This document shows positions 8,908-18,789 of a stretch of DNA of 59,505 bases, one piece after another (position 1 is the stretch's first letter; each line of letters starts with the position of its first letter). The DNA lies in contig JAZNJG010000189.1 in NCBI GenBank assembly GCA_045577945.1, forward strand, positions 1 to 59,505, written 5' to 3'. Position numbers and translations under genes: made by a program. A model generated the notes under the pieces. The model was not told the origin of the DNA, did not search any database, and saw only the letters and a program-made list of their open reading frames with translations. This stretch comes from Bacilli bacterium. Its GTDB lineage: Bacteria; Bacillota_I; Bacilli_A; ML615J-28; CAG-698.

Positions 8908-10449
8908 ATGGAAGAAAATAAAAATGTGGAAAAGGAACTTTTAGACGAGAAAAATGAATCTTTGCAAGAAGACAATTTGGAAGACAATTTGGAAGAAAAT
9001 TTGGAAGAAGATTTAGGAAATGAAGAATCTAAAGATTTTGATAACAAAGTATCAGATACAGAAGTAATTGAAAATGTTGAACCTGAAGATAATTTAGGCA
9101 ATTTAGATGATTCAGAAGAAAATGAGGAATTAGATTCTAAAGATAAAAAGAAAAAATCTAAAGAAAAAAAGAAGAAAAAAAATAAAGAGAGTGAACTTAA
9201 TTTGGAGGAAGATTCTAAACAAGAAGAAACTCAAGAAAAACAAATTTCTTTAAATGATATTGCTCCTCTTTCACCTATTTCTTATGATGAAATATTATTT
9301 AGTGAAGACAAATACACAGTGGATGATGTTATCAAAACTTTAAAGAAAGAAATGAACGATTTATCAAAAGAAGATAACGACAATATTGCCTCTAAATATA
9401 ATGAATATATCGAAAAATTATATAATAGTAAATATAAAGATTGCTATGAAGTATATGGCGTATTAATTTATTATTCTTTTAAACTAAATAAAGATTTAAA
9501 TTATCATTTAGTGTTAGATAATCTTGATCATAACGGCCAAATATTATCTTATATTTATGCGATAATGATAACTAATAACACGAAAGAAAAAAGAATTAAG
9601 AAGAGCATATTAAAAGAGTTACATGCTAATGGTGCTCATAAAACTGAATTAAATAAAGTTTTAAGGGTATCAAAAAATAAAAAAGTATTATTTGAATACT
9701 CAGAAGCTTCTAAAAAGAAGGGATTTAAAAAATACCTAAAAGTCGTTTCAAAATATGCTAAAAAACAAGAAGCGTATGATTCAGTATCAGAATCATTATT
9801 AAGATACACATTTAAAGCTTTCGAGTATTTATTAGTTAAAAAAGGAAATAAATTCTATAATAAATTTGAGTCAAAATTTTCTGATGATTTAAGAATATAT
9901 GCATTAACAAAAATTGCAAAAGGGTTTGGAAAAATAGGTAAATTTAAAACTGCTAAACATTTATTTGAAAAAGTTTTAACATTAGATAATAAAAATTTTG
10001 AAGCATTAGAAGGGATTTTCCTAGCAGAAAATAAATGTAACTACTTAGAAGAATTAGCTTATAAAACAAATATTGATAAAGCAAAAGGATTCAGTGAGTT
10101 TATTGAAAAAGCTAACGGATTAGAAGAAGACAAAGCAAATAAAAAAGTATCTACTTATGTAGAAATTAATAAAAAACAAAAAGAAGATAAAATAGATGAT
10201 ATTTTGACAGTTTTAAGAAAACATATTTCCGTTATTAGTTTTTCTTCAATGCTAATTTTGTGTGCTTTAACTACATTCCTTAATGGATCAGGATTAAAAG
10301 TATTATTCTATATTTCTGTTGCGATATTTGTGGGGGCAAGTTTTATAACTAGAAATATCAAAAAGCACATCGTTAGTATAATTATTAAAACTATAATCGG
10401 ATTAGGAATCTTGCTTGGTGGAATATTATTTTTATTTAAGCTATTCTAG
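8908..10449 (+). CDS. Hypothetical membrane protein: acidic/Lys low-complexity N-terminus, helical TPR-like core, three C-terminal TM helices
   Basis: EDNL repeats, poly-K tract, TPR-like FKTAKHLFEKVLTLDNKNFEAL, hydrophobic C-terminus. Confidence 0.7.
   Translation: MEENKNVEKELLDEKNESLQEDNLEDNLEENLEEDLGNEESKDFDNKVSDTEVIENVEPEDNLGNLDDSEENEELDSKDKKKKSKEKKKKKNKESELNLEEDSKQEETQEKQISLNDIAPLSPISYDEILFSEDKYTVDDVIKTLKKEMNDLSKEDNDNIASKYNEYIEKLYNSKYKDCYEVYGVLIYYSFKLNKDLNYHLVLDNLDHNGQILSYIYAIMITNNTKEKRIKKSILKELHANGAHKTELNKVLRVSKNKKVLFEYSEASKKKGFKKYLKVVSKYAKKQEAYDSVSESLLRYTFKAFEYLLVKKGNKFYNKFESKFSDDLRIYALTKIAKGFGKIGKFKTAKHLFEKVLTLDNKNFEALEGIFLAENKCNYLEELAYKTNIDKAKGFSEFIEKANGLEEDKANKKVSTYVEINKKQKEDKIDDILTVLRKHISVISFSSMLILCALTTFLNGSGLKVLFYISVAIFVGASFITRNIKKHIVSIIIKTIIGLGILLGGILFLFKLF
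8968..9015 (+). repeat. In-frame 12-bp tandem repeat x4 (EDNL/EENL/EEDL)
   Basis: gaagacaatttg gaagacaatttg gaagaaaatttg gaagaagattta. Confidence 0.85.
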
Positions 10450-10471
10450 ATAATCATAAAGAGAGGTATTT

Positions 10472-10972
10472 ATGACATTAAAAGAACTTGATAAACTTGT
10501 TCAAAGATATCGTAATGGCGAGAAGGAAACATTTGATGCAATATTCAATGAGACGCAAACAACAGTATACTTATCAGTAAGAGCAATTTTATCAGATACA
10601 GTAGCAATTGAGGACTTAGTACAAGACACATATATGAAAGCACTTGAGAATTTAGATAAATACCAAAGTGGAACGAATTTTAAAGCTTGGATAAGTAAAA
10701 TTGCTAGAAATATAGCAATAAATTATTTTAAAAGAGAAAAGAAACTAGAGCATGTTGAAATTGATGATCCTGTTTTTAATAAGGAATCAAGTGATATTAA
10801 CTTAAGTTATTGTTTAAGTCTTCTTGAAGGGGTAGAAAGGGAAGTGGTAATATACCATCTACTTCTTAATATGAAATTTAAGGATATAGCTAAAATATTG
10901 GAAGTATCTACTTCACACGCTTTTCAAATATACAAAAAAGCTTTAAAGAAAATTAAATCAGAAATAAAATAA
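10472..10972 (+). CDS. ECF-type RNA polymerase sigma-70 factor
   Basis: Region 2 EDLVQDTYMKA...FKAWISKIARNIAINY and region 4 MKFKDIAKIL; 166 aa. Confidence 0.9.
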   Translation: MTLKELDKLVQRYRNGEKETFDAIFNETQTTVYLSVRAILSDTVAIEDLVQDTYMKALENLDKYQSGTNFKAWISKIARNIAINYFKREKKLEHVEIDDPVFNKESSDINLSYCLSLLEGVEREVVIYHLLLNMKFKDIAKILEVSTSHAFQIYKKALKKIKSEIK

Positions 10973-10987
10973 AGTTTTACCTAAATA

Positions 10988-11028
10988 GGAGAATAGTATT
11001 TAAGTATTTGATTAATATTATTCTCTTT
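10988..11028 (+). terminator. Possible intrinsic terminator
   Basis: gagaatagtatt...aatattattctc inverted repeat with a short T tail. Confidence 0.5.
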
Positions 11029-11127
11029 GTCCTTGTTATTTAATCTTTTTGATGAAGGTTAGAAAATATAATCTATTGATTCGTAAAGTTTAATTTATTG
11101 TATTAAATACAAAATAAAAGGAGAATT

Positions 11128-13536
11128 ATGAAAAATTTAAATCTACTAAAGATGTTATTTGTGTTTGTTTGTTCATTTGTTTTAATGGCAATTGGCTGTG
11201 GATCCACTGAAGTTGATTATGATAAAATATTAAATGAGGCGGTTACTAAAATTGAAGTTAAAAGTGAAGTCACTGAATCATTCGGTTTAGTATCTAGTGT
11301 GACTGTTTCAGATAATCAAGTGAACATTATTTGGGAACTTGATGGTAAAGAAGTTACAAAAGTTGATGTGGTAAGAACAGAGGAAGATCAAACTTTAGTG
11401 TTGACGGCAACTTATAAGTTAACAATTAATGAAGAAACAAAAGAATTAAAGAAAACTTATCAAGTAAAAGTTTTGAAAAAGGAAGTTATAATTGAAGTAA
11501 ACAAAGAAGAGTTAGTTGACAAAGCTTTAGCTCAAATAGCGTTTGAATCAGTTATTGATAAAAATATTGAACTATTAGATAAAGTTATTGTTGAAGAAAA
11601 AGAAGTTTCTCTAGAATACGAAATTAGTTCAGATGCTATTTCTAAAGAAGGTATAATTAAAGATCTTCTTATAGATGAAAAGGTAACAATTAAATGCACA
11701 GCAAAATATGAAGATGTCGAAAAATCTAAATCTTTTGAAATTACTGTGAAAGGATTGGGAGACGAAAACATTCTTGAAGAAATCAAAGCTGAAATGACAG
11801 AAAAATTATTCACAAATGTTACCGAAGATATTGATTTAAAAGAAACTTATACTTATTTAGGAAAAGATTTACAAGTTAAGTATCAATTCTCTAAAGACTT
11901 AATTTCCGAAAATGGTAAAGTTGTTATACCTGAAACTGATGAAGAATTAGATGTTACTGTTTTAATCATGTATGGTGGAAAAGAATATCAATTAGAAATA
12001 AAAGGTGTAAAAGTGTTATCATATGAATCTCAATTACTAGAAGCATATAATGCGATTGAAATGCCAAAAGAGATTAATGATAGTATCCAATTAATAACAA
12101 AATATAAAAACGTTGTAATTGAATGGTCAACAGATAACTCACGAGTTTTAACTAGTGAAGGTGAGCTTAAATATGTAAAAGAACCAGTAGAAGTTGAGTT
12201 CTCTGCGTTGTTAATTTTATCTGTTGGTGATGAAGAATTCTTCTATGATGCCTTCTATACTATATTATGTAAACCATATGCGGCTGAAAGAAGACTTGCG
12301 TTAGCCCAAGAACAAATAAAAGTTCCTCAAGAAGTGACTTCTAATATGACTCTCACTAATGAATTTAAATATGATGTTACAGGAACATGGTCTTCATCAA
12401 ATCCAGAAATTATTAGTAATATTGGTCTAGTAAATCAAACCGAAAAAGATGTACAAGTAGAATTAGCATTACAATTAGTTTGTGATGGAATAACTAAAGA
12501 CTTAACATTTACTGTGACGGTAAAGAAAGCAGATCTAGATGGATGTGAAAAATATTTTGGCGGACATAATTTATTAGATAGAGCTGTTAACTTTGATAGT
12601 AAAGGCTTTAATAATGTAGAATTAAAGGGTGACAGACTAGAATTAAAAGATGGTGCTCTAGAAGGTTACTATGAATCAAACACATTTAAAGTAAGAGATT
12701 TCTTCTGCCTTGTAGGATCATATTCATGCATCACTTCAACAAATGCAACCGGTGAATTATTGGTTAGTATTAGAGTTGGAGAAAACTGGAGTAAATACAT
12801 TACATATGGTGAATGGGGATTAGGTTTAAATAATCTATATTATGATGATAGTGATAGCGTGGCTAAACTTAGTACTGATGAAATTTTCTCAGTTGGAGGA
12901 GATGCTGATGCCATCAAATATAGATTTGTAATGAGAAGAAAAGACGCTAGTGTAGAATCACCAAAATTGCTATTAGTTGCTTTCGCAATTGAAATGAATA
13001 ATTACTCATATCCAATTGATACTACTGATTTACCTACACAAAAAGATCATGATTTACCAAAATTATATCAACATGATGTTCCTGTAATTGGTGGATCAAT
13101 CTGTAGTGCAACTACCACAACAATGCTTTTAAAGAATAAAGGATTCGATTTCTCAAACAAAGGTTATGCATATGAACATGAATTTATGGCAAATATGGTA
13201 GCTGATAGAGGACATAATAATCCTACATATGGAAACTGGTCATATAATATGATAACAGCCGGAGCATTTGGAGTTGAAGCATATGTAGCGAGAATGTATT
13301 CATGGGAAGAATTGAAAGAATATTTAGCTACAAATGGACCTGTAGGTGCTTCTATTGCTGGTAACTTTGGAATTTATAGTACTGGTGGTCACTTAATAGT
13401 GGTTAGAGGTTACAGAGAAGAAAATGGTCAAACATACGTAATATGTAATGACCCTAATGTTAAATCTGTATATTATGAAGTTACTTTAAGTATTTTCATG
13501 AATGCATGGAGAAATGTTGTATATATCGTAGAATAG
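11128..13536 (+). CDS. Lipoprotein with atrophied-Ig stalk and C-terminal C39-like cysteine peptidase
   Basis: Lipobox MAIGC and Ig repeats (TWSSSNPEIISNIG). The catalytic set is LYQ / ICSAT / GGHLIVVRG / NDPN. Confidence 0.85.
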   Translation: MKNLNLLKMLFVFVCSFVLMAIGCGSTEVDYDKILNEAVTKIEVKSEVTESFGLVSSVTVSDNQVNIIWELDGKEVTKVDVVRTEEDQTLVLTATYKLTINEETKELKKTYQVKVLKKEVIIEVNKEELVDKALAQIAFESVIDKNIELLDKVIVEEKEVSLEYEISSDAISKEGIIKDLLIDEKVTIKCTAKYEDVEKSKSFEITVKGLGDENILEEIKAEMTEKLFTNVTEDIDLKETYTYLGKDLQVKYQFSKDLISENGKVVIPETDEELDVTVLIMYGGKEYQLEIKGVKVLSYESQLLEAYNAIEMPKEINDSIQLITKYKNVVIEWSTDNSRVLTSEGELKYVKEPVEVEFSALLILSVGDEEFFYDAFYTILCKPYAAERRLALAQEQIKVPQEVTSNMTLTNEFKYDVTGTWSSSNPEIISNIGLVNQTEKDVQVELALQLVCDGITKDLTFTVTVKKADLDGCEKYFGGHNLLDRAVNFDSKGFNNVELKGDRLELKDGALEGYYESNTFKVRDFFCLVGSYSCITSTNATGELLVSIRVGENWSKYITYGEWGLGLNNLYYDDSDSVAKLSTDEIFSVGGDADAIKYRFVMRRKDASVESPKLLLVAFAIEMNNYSYPIDTTDLPTQKDHDLPKLYQHDVPVIGGSICSATTTTMLLKNKGFDFSNKGYAYEHEFMANMVADRGHNNPTYGNWSYNMITAGAFGVEAYVARMYSWEELKEYLATNGPVGASIAGNFGIYSTGGHLIVVRGYREENGQTYVICNDPNVKSVYYEVTLSIFMNAWRNVVYIVE

Positions 13537-13558
13537 AAATTTATAGCTAAAAATTTAT

Positions 13559-13610
13559 GTCTAAATAAATTATCAATTATTGTTGATAGTTTGTTTAGAC
13601 TTTTATTTTT
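13559..13610 (+). terminator. Intrinsic terminator
   Basis: gtctaaataaattatcaa...ttgatagtttgtttagac followed by T-run. Confidence 0.7.
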
Positions 13611-13690
13611 ATAAAAAGTATGATATGATAATACATATAAAATATATTAGAGATATAAAATTATATATATAAATTAATTAGGAGGATAAT

Positions 13691-14713
13691 ATGGCTAAAA
13701 TGTTAAAATCAAATCTTGTGCTTAAAGCAAAAGATATTAATGAAATTTGTAATGAATTTGAGTTTGAAAATGTTGTTTATGAAGATGGTGGTTACAAAGT
13801 ATTAAAGAAAGAGACAGAAGGCGTTATTTATTCTCCTGAGTATGAAACAAAAGAATTTAATAAAATCGTAGGTTCATGGTGTGCGCTTTGCGATAATGAG
13901 ACAAAATCAACTATTGAAGTGATGATTTCTGTCTATGCTCATGGAAAATATTCAAAATATTTTAGTTATGGAGAATGGTCTTTAGGTGGAGAAAATTTGT
14001 ATTACGATCAAGACGATGAATATGTTTACATGAGTGTTGATGAAGTAATTTTAAAAGAAAATGAATTAGGTGAAAAGTTTAAATTTAAAGTAGTTTTAAA
14101 AAATGACGCAGTTTTCAAATTAATATGCATTATGATAAAAGCAAAATATTTTGAAGAAAACAAACCTTATGTTGAATTAAATAATATGCCTTCAACAGTT
14201 TTATATGATGTCCCTAAATTAAATCAAAATATGGTTCCTGTTATTGGCAATGAAATGTGTAGCGCAACTACTACCGCAATGTTATTAAAATTTAAGGGTA
14301 TGGATTTCTCAAAATATGACCCAGAATTTGAACATCGTTACGTAGCAACATTAGTTGCTGATAATGGACATCATGCCCCAACATACGGAAACTGGGTGTT
14401 TAATACTACAGTAATGGGTGGTTTTGGATATAATGCTTATGTATACCGTATGTATTCATGGGAAGAATTGAAACACCATTTAGCTAAAGTAGGACCTGTA
14501 GGAGCATCAATTAGAGGAAACACTGGTTTATATAAAACTGGAGGTCACTTACTTGTTGTAACAGGATATAAAGAAGTTGATGGAAAAACATATGTAGTAT
14601 GTAATGATCCTAATATTAATAGCCGTTTTGGTGAAGGATTATTTGTTTCATACGATTATCCACTTGATGTCTTTATGGGATTCTGGCGTGGAGTTGCTTA
14701 TATTATCGAATAA
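13691..14713 (+). CDS. Signal-less C39-like cysteine peptidase, paralogue of the upstream catalytic head
   Basis: No signal peptide. LNQ / MCSATTTAMLL / PTYGNW / GGHLLVVTG / NDPN are collinear with the C-terminal ~330 aa of 11128..13536. Confidence 0.85.
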   Translation: MAKMLKSNLVLKAKDINEICNEFEFENVVYEDGGYKVLKKETEGVIYSPEYETKEFNKIVGSWCALCDNETKSTIEVMISVYAHGKYSKYFSYGEWSLGGENLYYDQDDEYVYMSVDEVILKENELGEKFKFKVVLKNDAVFKLICIMIKAKYFEENKPYVELNNMPSTVLYDVPKLNQNMVPVIGNEMCSATTTAMLLKFKGMDFSKYDPEFEHRYVATLVADNGHHAPTYGNWVFNTTVMGGFGYNAYVYRMYSWEELKHHLAKVGPVGASIRGNTGLYKTGGHLLVVTGYKEVDGKTYVVCNDPNINSRFGEGLFVSYDYPLDVFMGFWRGVAYIIE

Positions 14714-14780
14714 TTTAAGGAATATAAACAAAAAGCATATAAAGAACATAATATAAAAAATAAATATAGAGGTAGAGCAT

Positions 14781-15650
14781 ATGGAATATGTTACCATTGA
14801 TTTTGAAACCGCAAATGGAAACCTTACAAGTGCTTGTAGTGTAGGAATTGTGGGGGCAAATAAAGGAAAAATAGTTTTTGAAAAATACTATTTGATAAAT
14901 CCTCAAGAGGAATTTTTACTCCAAAACTCTATGATACATGGGTTATATCCTGAAGATGTTAAAGATGCCAAAACTTTCGATCAACTTTGGGATGAAATAT
15001 TTCCTTTGCTCGATGGGAATATTGTTTTTGCCCATGCTGCAGATTTTGATATTTCGGTTTTAAGAAGTTTATTAAACAAATATAACTTAAGATACCCTAA
15101 TATTCGTATAGGATGTACATTGAAAACTGCCAGAATTGCTTTTAAAGGAGTATTAACTTCGTTTAAATTGGGAGCAATATCCAATCATTTGGAAGTGGAA
15201 CACTTGGCTCATAATGCTATAAGTGATGCATCAATTTGTTATTACATGCTAGAAAGGGTCAAAAGAATGTATCAATCTTATGATGTTGAAGACTTATTTG
15301 AAGAAATAGGATTGGCTTTTGGTACACTAAATGAATATACATATAGAGGATGCTATAATAAACTTCAAGAGAAAAAGAAGAGAACTAATGTTAAAGAAGA
15401 AAATTCTAAACTAAAAGGTTATATAATAGCTTTTACTGGAAAACCTGAAAAAATGACAAAAACAGAATTTAAGCAAATGATTGCAAGTTGTGGAGGAATA
15501 TACTCAAGAGAGATTAATAAGGTAATTAATACTTTTGTAGTGTTTAATAATCCAACACAATCACATATTATGGCGGTAAATAGGTTACAAACACAAAAAG
15601 ATGTTTTGATTTTAACAGAAGAGGAGATACTTAGAATAATCAATGATTAG
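14781..15650 (+). CDS. DEDDh 3'-5' exonuclease (DnaQ-like) with C-terminal BRCT domain
   Basis: IDFETAN, AHAADFD and HNAISDA; BRCT-like IAFTGK...IASCGG. Confidence 0.85.
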   Translation: MEYVTIDFETANGNLTSACSVGIVGANKGKIVFEKYYLINPQEEFLLQNSMIHGLYPEDVKDAKTFDQLWDEIFPLLDGNIVFAHAADFDISVLRSLLNKYNLRYPNIRIGCTLKTARIAFKGVLTSFKLGAISNHLEVEHLAHNAISDASICYYMLERVKRMYQSYDVEDLFEEIGLAFGTLNEYTYRGCYNKLQEKKKRTNVKEENSKLKGYIIAFTGKPEKMTKTEFKQMIASCGGIYSREINKVINTFVVFNNPTQSHIMAVNRLQTQKDVLILTEEEILRIIND

Positions 15651-16524
15651 CTCATATTACATTAACACTTCTACAACCCTGAATAATTACCTTAAAACAA
15701 GACATTTATCTAGCACACAAATCTATAAGTTTGTTTCTCAAAAAGCCATTACAAGCGAAAATAAGGTGCTAAATTTGGAAGATAATTTAAAAAAAGGGGA
15801 TATGATCTACGTAAATTATAGTTTGATAGAACATTCTGATATAGACTATAGTCAATATTATAATTTCCCTGAATCGATAAATATAATATATGAAGATAGC
15901 GAAATAATTGCAGTGGATAAAAAGAAAAATATGCTTACGCATAGTGACGGTAATACTAACGAAACCATAATGGATCATTTAGTAAAATATCTAACTAATA
16001 AAGGTGATGACAGCTTTCTTAGACCACTTCACCGAATTGATTTCAAAACCAAAGGTGTATGCATATTTGCTAAAAACATACTAGCATATTCTGAAATTTC
16101 TTTTCAAATAGAAAATAACACAGTAGTAAGAAAATACGAAGCGCTTGTAGAAGGGATTATTAAACTGAATAATAATCAAAAGAAAGAACTAAAAGTAAAT
16201 ATAGGAAGAGATAGACATAATTCTAAAAAAAGCATAGTATTACCTCAAAATAGTAAATTTGGAAAAGAAGCAATAACAATAATTAAACCGCTTCAAAGCA
16301 AAGGTTTAAGTAACAATACTCTGCTTGATGTTGAGATAAAAACTGGAAGGACTCATCAAATTAGAGTAACCCTTGCTAGTATAAATCATCCTGTTGTGGG
16401 GGATGATTTATATGGTAAATATAAACCAAGTGATGAACTAATGCTTATATCAAAAGAATTTAGATTTGTTTTAGATCATAAAGAAATAATCATAAAAAGT
16501 AAACAAACATATATAAAGAAATAA
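15643..16524 (+). CDS. RluA-family pseudouridine synthase
   Basis: IIYED..IIAVDK, HRID with catalytic Asp, TGRTHQIRV and GDDLYG. Confidence 0.92.
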   Translation: MISSYYINTSTTLNNYLKTRHLSSTQIYKFVSQKAITSENKVLNLEDNLKKGDMIYVNYSLIEHSDIDYSQYYNFPESINIIYEDSEIIAVDKKKNMLTHSDGNTNETIMDHLVKYLTNKGDDSFLRPLHRIDFKTKGVCIFAKNILAYSEISFQIENNTVVRKYEALVEGIIKLNNNQKKELKVNIGRDRHNSKKSIVLPQNSKFGKEAITIIKPLQSKGLSNNTLLDVEIKTGRTHQIRVTLASINHPVVGDDLYGKYKPSDELMLISKEFRFVLDHKEIIIKSKQTYIKK

Positions 16525-16574
16525 CAAAAAGTATATATATTAATAACTTAAAAGTATATATAAAAGGTATAAAG

Positions 16575-17126
16575 ATGGATAAAATATTAGATTTTGCAAG
16601 AAAAGTAATTAAAGAAAAAATAGAAAAGGAACAATCCCAAAAAGCTTTTATTGCAGTGGATGGAACATGCGGGAGAGGAAATGATACATTATTTCTTGTC
16701 CAAAACGCAAAAGAAGTGTATGCATTTGATATTCAAGACGAAGCAATAAAAAGCACAAAAGAATTATTAAAGGAATATCAAAATGTTCACGTAATTCATG
16801 ATTCACATAGTAATATAGACAATTATGTAAAATCTATTGATGTTATGATGTTTAATTTGGGATATTTACCAAAAGCTGATAAAAGAATCACAACCCATAT
16901 TGAGGATGTATTAGTAGCTTTAAAGAAGTCAATGGAACTTCTTTCTCCTAAAGGAATTATTACAATTTGTGTATATCCTGGACATGAAGAAGGGATGAAA
17001 GAAAGTATTGAACTAGGAAAATATCTAAAAACAATTAACCAAAAAGAATTTGATATTGTAAAATATGAATTCATAAATCAAATCAATTATCCTCCATATT
17101 TGTACATAATCCAAAAGTTAAAATAA
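16575..17126 (+). CDS. YtqB/MnmM-like SAM-dependent RNA methyltransferase
   Basis: DGTCGRGNDT, YAFDIQ, FNLGYLP and YPGH motifs. Confidence 0.85.
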   Translation: MDKILDFARKVIKEKIEKEQSQKAFIAVDGTCGRGNDTLFLVQNAKEVYAFDIQDEAIKSTKELLKEYQNVHVIHDSHSNIDNYVKSIDVMMFNLGYLPKADKRITTHIEDVLVALKKSMELLSPKGIITICVYPGHEEGMKESIELGKYLKTINQKEFDIVKYEFINQINYPPYLYIIQKLK

Positions 17127-17186
17127 ACAAAAATAAGGATAAAGGCTAAAATAATTATAAAAATAATTATAAAAATAGGAAATAAT

Positions 17187-17699
17187 ATGAGATTATTTAT
17201 AGGAATAAAATTAGATGAAGTAGCCCACAAGAAAGTAATGGGGATTATGGATAATTTATATAGTCAAGGTTTTAGAGGAAATTTTACAAATAAAAATAAT
17301 ATTCATTTGACACTAGCATTTTTAGGAGATGTTGATGAAAATAAAGTAGATGAACTTATTGATATAATCAACACCAAAGATATTTGGGGAAATGATAAAA
17401 CTAATACTTTGAATATTACAAAAGTAAAAACTTTAAAAGATATGATAGTCTTAGAAGTAGAACTAACAAAACAATTACAAGAATTACAAGCGAAACTAGC
17501 TAATAAACTAAAGAATAAAGGTTATAAGTTAGAAAATAGACCATATTATCCGCATATAACTTTAGTAAGACAATATACAAGTATAACTAATAAACAAATG
17601 GAGAATATGGAAATAGATATAAATAGTAACTTTGAAAAAATAATATTATTTGAATCAAAAAGAATAAGAAAGGATTTAGTCTACATTAGTTTGAATTAA
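17187..17699 (+). CDS. thpR: RNA 2',3'-cyclic phosphodiesterase (2H family)
   Basis: MRLFIG start and two HxT motifs (HLTLAFLG, PHITL). Confidence 0.88.
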   Translation: MRLFIGIKLDEVAHKKVMGIMDNLYSQGFRGNFTNKNNIHLTLAFLGDVDENKVDELIDIINTKDIWGNDKTNTLNITKVKTLKDMIVLEVELTKQLQELQAKLANKLKNKGYKLENRPYYPHITLVRQYTSITNKQMENMEIDINSNFEKIILFESKRIRKDLVYISLN

Positions 17700-17724
17700 A
17701 CTTATTAATAAAAGGTAAAATAAT

Positions 17725-18789
17725 ATGAAAAATTATCGTCAATTAGGAAAAACAAAAATTGAAGTAAATCCTTTAGGATTTGGAGGAATCCCTATCCAAA
17801 GGGTAACACGAGAAGAAAGCAAAGAAATAATTGAAAAAGCTATAGAATTAGGAGTTAATTTTTTTGATTCAGCAAGGGGATATACTTGCAGTGAAGAATA
17901 TTTAGGAGATGTACTTCCAAAATATCGCGATAAAGTGTATATTGCCACAAAATCAATGGCGAGAACGTATGATGATATGGAAAGAGATATTAATGTAAGT
18001 TTAAATAATTTTAAAACTTCTTATATTGATTTATATCAATGTCATAATGTTAGCAAACTGGAAGATTTCGAAAAAATAATTTCAGAAGATGGAGCGATGA
18101 AAGCTCTTATTAAGGCAAAAGAAAAAGGACTAATAAATCATATAGGAATCACTTCTCACAGTTTAGACTTTATTAAATGGCTTCTTGATAGTGAATATAA
18201 AGGTTTATTCGAAACAGTACAAATACCTTATAACTTTCTAGAAACTGAAGCTGAAGAGGTTCTAATAAAGTGTAAAGAACTACAAATAGGAACAATCGCC
18301 ATGAAACCACTTGGTGGTGGTGTAATTGATGATTCAGCCCCCGCAATAAAATTCTTGTTAGCTAATGAGAATTTAAGTGTATTAATTCCTGGAATGGGAT
18401 CAATAGAAGAAGTAGCTAAAAACGTTCAAGTTAAAAAAGAATTTGATAAAGCATTCAAAAACTTAAGTGTATTAAATAAAGAAGAAATTGAATACATAAA
18501 CTCTTTAAGAACTGAAGTTAAAGGTGAGTTTTGTCATCGCTGTGGGTATTGTCTACCTTGTCCAAAAGGAATTGATATCCCTTCGATATTTACTTTAGAG
18601 AATTATTTTGATAGATATGGATTAAAAGAATGGGCAATGACTCGCTATGGTAACACAAAAATAAAAGCTGGAGAATGTATAAATTGTCAAGCTTGTGTAA
18701 AGAAATGTCCATATCAATTAGATATTCCTTTAAGGTTAAAAAGGATTCACCAAAAGTTTAAAAATTATGGGGAAAACAAACATGAATAA
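17725..18789 (+). CDS. Aldo/keto reductase with C-terminal 4Fe-4S dicluster
   Basis: LGFGGIPI, FFDSARGY and IDLYQCH; CHRCGYCLPCP and CINCQACVKKCP. Confidence 0.9.
   Translation: MKNYRQLGKTKIEVNPLGFGGIPIQRVTREESKEIIEKAIELGVNFFDSARGYTCSEEYLGDVLPKYRDKVYIATKSMARTYDDMERDINVSLNNFKTSYIDLYQCHNVSKLEDFEKIISEDGAMKALIKAKEKGLINHIGITSHSLDFIKWLLDSEYKGLFETVQIPYNFLETEAEEVLIKCKELQIGTIAMKPLGGGVIDDSAPAIKFLLANENLSVLIPGMGSIEEVAKNVQVKKEFDKAFKNLSVLNKEEIEYINSLRTEVKGEFCHRCGYCLPCPKGIDIPSIFTLENYFDRYGLKEWAMTRYGNTKIKAGECINCQACVKKCPYQLDIPLRLKRIHQKFKNYGENKHE

Noticed and set aside
11030-11127. ECF-type promoter upstream of the stalked peptidase
   Set aside because: TGAAGG and CGTAA are present but too far apart for a credible ECF promoter.
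17146-17176. aaaataattata tandem repeat, and similar aaaattat repeats at ~35686-35711
   Set aside because: Pure A/T low complexity, expected in this genome.
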